Assembly (NCBI GenBank): GCA_013239625.1
Contig: MU057350.1
Coordinates: 29,077,611-29,141,610, forward strand
Direction: 5' to 3'
DNA length: 64,000 nucleotides
Source: Lama guanicoe
Taxonomy: Eukaryota
The translations under genes were made by a program, and so were the position numbers. Shown here piece by piece: positions 60,911 through 64,000 of this stretch. Each line of letters starts with the position of its first letter. Position 1 is the stretch's first letter. Under the pieces are notes generated by a model, which saw only the letters and a program-made list of their open reading frames with translations, was not told the DNA's origin and did not search any database.

Positions 60911-62526
60911 CCAACAAATTCAGCTTGAGTTTTTTTGTTTGTTTTTAACATCACCATGGTATACCATTTTAGTCCATGTTAGTTTATACTTGAAACTATA
61001 TTAGCTCTTGGGGATGGGGAAAACATAATATTAGTATTAAGGCAGGAAGTAGGCCTATGTGACATCTTCCAGCTGTACAGTTATCTCCAAGTGGAATTTT
61101 CCAAAGCAGAAATATATTTGGAGATAAATATGTTGTTGGTTCTGTAATGGGTTATTTAAAGTGACATATTATTATCTTCTGAACCCTGTAAACATTTATT
61201 TAAGTTTCCTTCTCATTCATCTCTGGGATAGAGAGATTCCAGGTTGGGTGAGCTTGTCAGGCAGGCAAAAAAAACTGCTTAATGTAATTTATTAGAGAGA
61301 TTTGTAAATAAGAAGGGGCATCCACTAAAGGAATATGGCCTAGAATCACAGAGTCTGCATTTAGTCGCTCAGTCATGTACCTCAAAATAAAACAGAGATG
61401 AGTTATAATGTTGGGGAGATGTTTTGGGACTTCAGAATAGAAATCCCAATAACAAGTACCCCATTTCCCATCTTGGTTCCAAACAAGTGGAGAAATAAAA
61501 TAGAGCATTTAGGATTAGGATGAAATATCACCTTTCCAGTTGAGACATCAGATTGGAGAACTTAGCATGAGGTATGTTTTCCCAGCAAGCTGCTCATTCT
61601 GAGCCCCAGAGCTGGGTGCAGCAAAGCCAGATTTCAGCAAGCCTCCTCCTACAGAAGCTGAGTGGGCAGCTGACATCTTGAAGGAGGAAGGGAGGAGGTA
61701 AACTGAGCATGCCCAGGGGTTTCATTGAGTTGCTGTGGCAGGAAAGAAACATCAGGAGTGGGGAAGTAGCACCTCCAGTTGGTTCACTGGTGGGTAGTTT
61801 GGAGGGGCAAGAATGCACACTTATTGAATATCTACTAATAGTCATCATTATTCTAAGTGCTTTACAAAATGACACGGGTTGTCCTGAGCACCTGCCATCT
61901 TGGGATGAGGCTCAGTGGTCAGTGAGGAGGCAGAGCTTCTATTGGTCAGTGAAGGAGGAGCCAGCTGGCAGAGCTCCGTCCTTCCCCTCTTATTTCTGCA
62001 GACATTGTTGTACTCAGTTCCCCATCTCTTATTCCCATCCTCCGAGAGATGAAATAATCTGCTTTTCAGGGCTGGCAGAACCTCAGCTGGGATTTTTCAT
62101 TTGTCTAGTTACTTTTTGACTTATTTCTAAGTCTTTTCCTTTTCCCTGACAGATTAAAAACATTACAATGTGAGAACATGCAATTTTTACCTATTTGAGA
62201 CTAAAATCCCATCAACTATCTTACACATTTGTCTTCTCTCCTTCTCTATAAAATAAACATGTTGATGAGCAATGTTCAAAATGACATTGAAACTTTTTTT
62301 AAAAGATAACACGCTGGCCTGGAAAACCAATCAGTCTGCATATGACTGTAAATCTTCATTTATAAATAAGCATCTGTCTACTGTCTCTGGATCATGAAAC
62401 TTTTTTCCATTAAAAGTAGAATAAATTTCCCCAGTTCTCAAGTCTGCAGATCTGGGATGTATACCTTTTATTAACATGAAGAGTAGAGTCCACTTCAATA
62501 ATTCACATTATTACAGTGAAATTTTT

Positions 62527-62981
62527 ATATTTGTTTTTGTTGCTGTGTAACAAATTACAACAATGGTTTAATATAACACTCACAAATTGTGTCTTGGTTT
62601 CATGAGTCAGACATCCAGATGGGCTCAGCTTAGGGTTTCACAAGGCCTGAGTCAAGGTATCAGCTGGGTTAGGCTCCAAGCTCTTTCACGTTGTTAGAAG
62701 AATTCGGTTTCTTGTAGTTCGAGGACTAAGATCTCCATTTTCTTGCTCACTGCTGGCCAAGAACAGCTCTCAGCTTCTCCCTCTCCCCTGAGCAGCCAGA
62801 GAAGATTTTCTGCTTCTAAAGGGCTCATGTGATTGGGTCAAGCCCACCTGGACACTCTCCATATCTCAGGCTGATTAATTGGAAACTTCATCCTTTTATC
62901 TGCAAAATTTCTTTGCAGCAGCACCTAGATTAGGATTATATCGAATAACCAGGAGCCAGAATCTGAGAATTCTGCTCACCC
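62527..62981 (-). mobile_element. MaLR solo LTR (MLT1E/F-like)
   Basis: TTGCTGTGTAACAAATTAC; GGGCTCATGTGATTGGGTCAAGCCCACCTGGA; GCAGCACCTAGATTAG; GAGAATTCTGC. Confidence 0.85.
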
Positions 62982-63224
62982 AAGTTCTGTGTTCTTGTGA
63001 CTTTTCATCTTAATGGTAAGTTCCCAAGTTTACTATTTAGTTGAATTGTGTGAGGATGTTTCTGCTCTTTGTTGGTTGTGTAATAGTCAGGGACCATTGA
63101 CGAGTAAGATAGGAGATTGCAGACCTGTTGGATTATATGAGGGTCTTTGTTTTTGTTTTTACTTGTTTTGTCTTGTTTTTGTTTTCATATGCAATTCTGT
63201 ATCTTCTGCCACTTGTTGAAAAAG

Positions 63225-63480
63225 TGGAGAAAGGTTAAGTGTTCAACAGCATGGCTTTTGGAGAAGGAGAGACCAGGATTCAAATCCATGCTTCTAAGCT
63301 TACTTGCTGTGTGTCACGGGGCATGCTACATAGCCTTTCTGAGCCTTGTTTCCTACCTTTAAACTAGAGACAATGCCCCCCGCCAGGTGATCTTTGTATG
63401 CAGCACATGAGATACATCCTCGGTGCAATTCCCTGCACGTTGTACGGATCCTGTAAATCATAAGTATTTAAATTGCTTAC
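63225..63480 (+). mobile_element. MIR SINE
   Basis: AGCATGGCTTTGGAG..AGACCAGGATTCAAATCC..CTTACTTGCTGTGTG..CTTTCTGAGCCTTGTTTCCT. Confidence 0.8.
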
Positions 63481-64000
63481 ACAGTAACGTTTTAAGAAGG
63501 CAAGTAATAGTATTCACTCCCAGAGATGACTTTTAAGTGCAGTTGGTCAAAAAAAATAAGCCAGGAGCATGTTTCCCTGCTTCCCTTTCACCAAGCCTAG
63601 AGGAAGATGAAAGTTAAAATTAGCTTTGATTGAGGAAAAGGGACAAGAAAGAAAAAGACGTTCCAAGTAGAAAAGGGATGGTCTGTATCCTCTGTCCCTG
63701 CACAGAACTTCCACTCTGGGCAGGCTGGTTGGCGGGCGTCCCAGGGAAGGTTCTTTGGCTGCCCCACCTCTGGCCCTTCATTTGCGTCAGCTCCTCCTTC
63801 TGGAACATTCTCATGCCCCTCCTCCATCTCCCATTTCCTTCCCTGACCACCCACTCTCAGCGGCCACAGAGTGGAGAGGTTAGGAGCACATGGCTGGAGG
63901 CAGCCCAGGGATGTTCACATCCTGCTCCTGGCAGGTCCTGTGATCACAAACCAGTCACAACTTCTGTTCGCCTTGCCTCACTGTTGAAATGGATGTGAAA

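Noticed and set aside
337-63998. The many 60-183 aa ORFs in the six-frame track as protein-coding genes
   Set aside because: Their lengths are what chance gives in 64 kb, many use non-ATG starts or lie in repeats or low-complexity DNA, and none except the L1 ORF2 pieces resembles a protein I recognise.
1-64000. A novel multi-gene system (operon, defence island, CRISPR array)
   Set aside because: The sequence is repeat-rich mammalian non-coding DNA. There are no long ORFs, no gene clusters and no regularly spaced repeat-spacer array.

Overview
This is non-coding mammalian genomic DNA, not microbial. A tRNA-Ala-derived Vic-1-type SINE at 32627-32778 points to a camelid (camel, alpaca or llama). 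Much of the window is interspersed repeats: L1, L2 and L3/CR1 LINE remnants, MIR SINEs, MaLR (MLT1) and ERV1 solo LTRs, and hAT MITEs (MER53, MER58, MER102). There are two assembly gaps. I could not recognise any protein-coding exon or RNA gene. The only ORFs with recognisable homology are frameshifted L1 ORF2 remnants at 16028-16874. L1 and ERV1 elements lie mostly on the minus strand, which suggests (inference) an intron of a large plus-strand gene. I found no evidence of a new multi-gene system. The best leads are: (1) a MER58 copy with strongly A/T-to-G/C-biased divergence, consistent with GC-biased gene conversion; (2) two independent MER41-like solo LTRs that both carry a STAT6-type TTC-N4-GAA motif where the family is known for STAT1 GAS motifs; (3) several repeat-free, motif-dense candidate enhancers. 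Repeat family names come from remembered consensus sequences, not a database search. Boundaries without a stated TSD are approximate.
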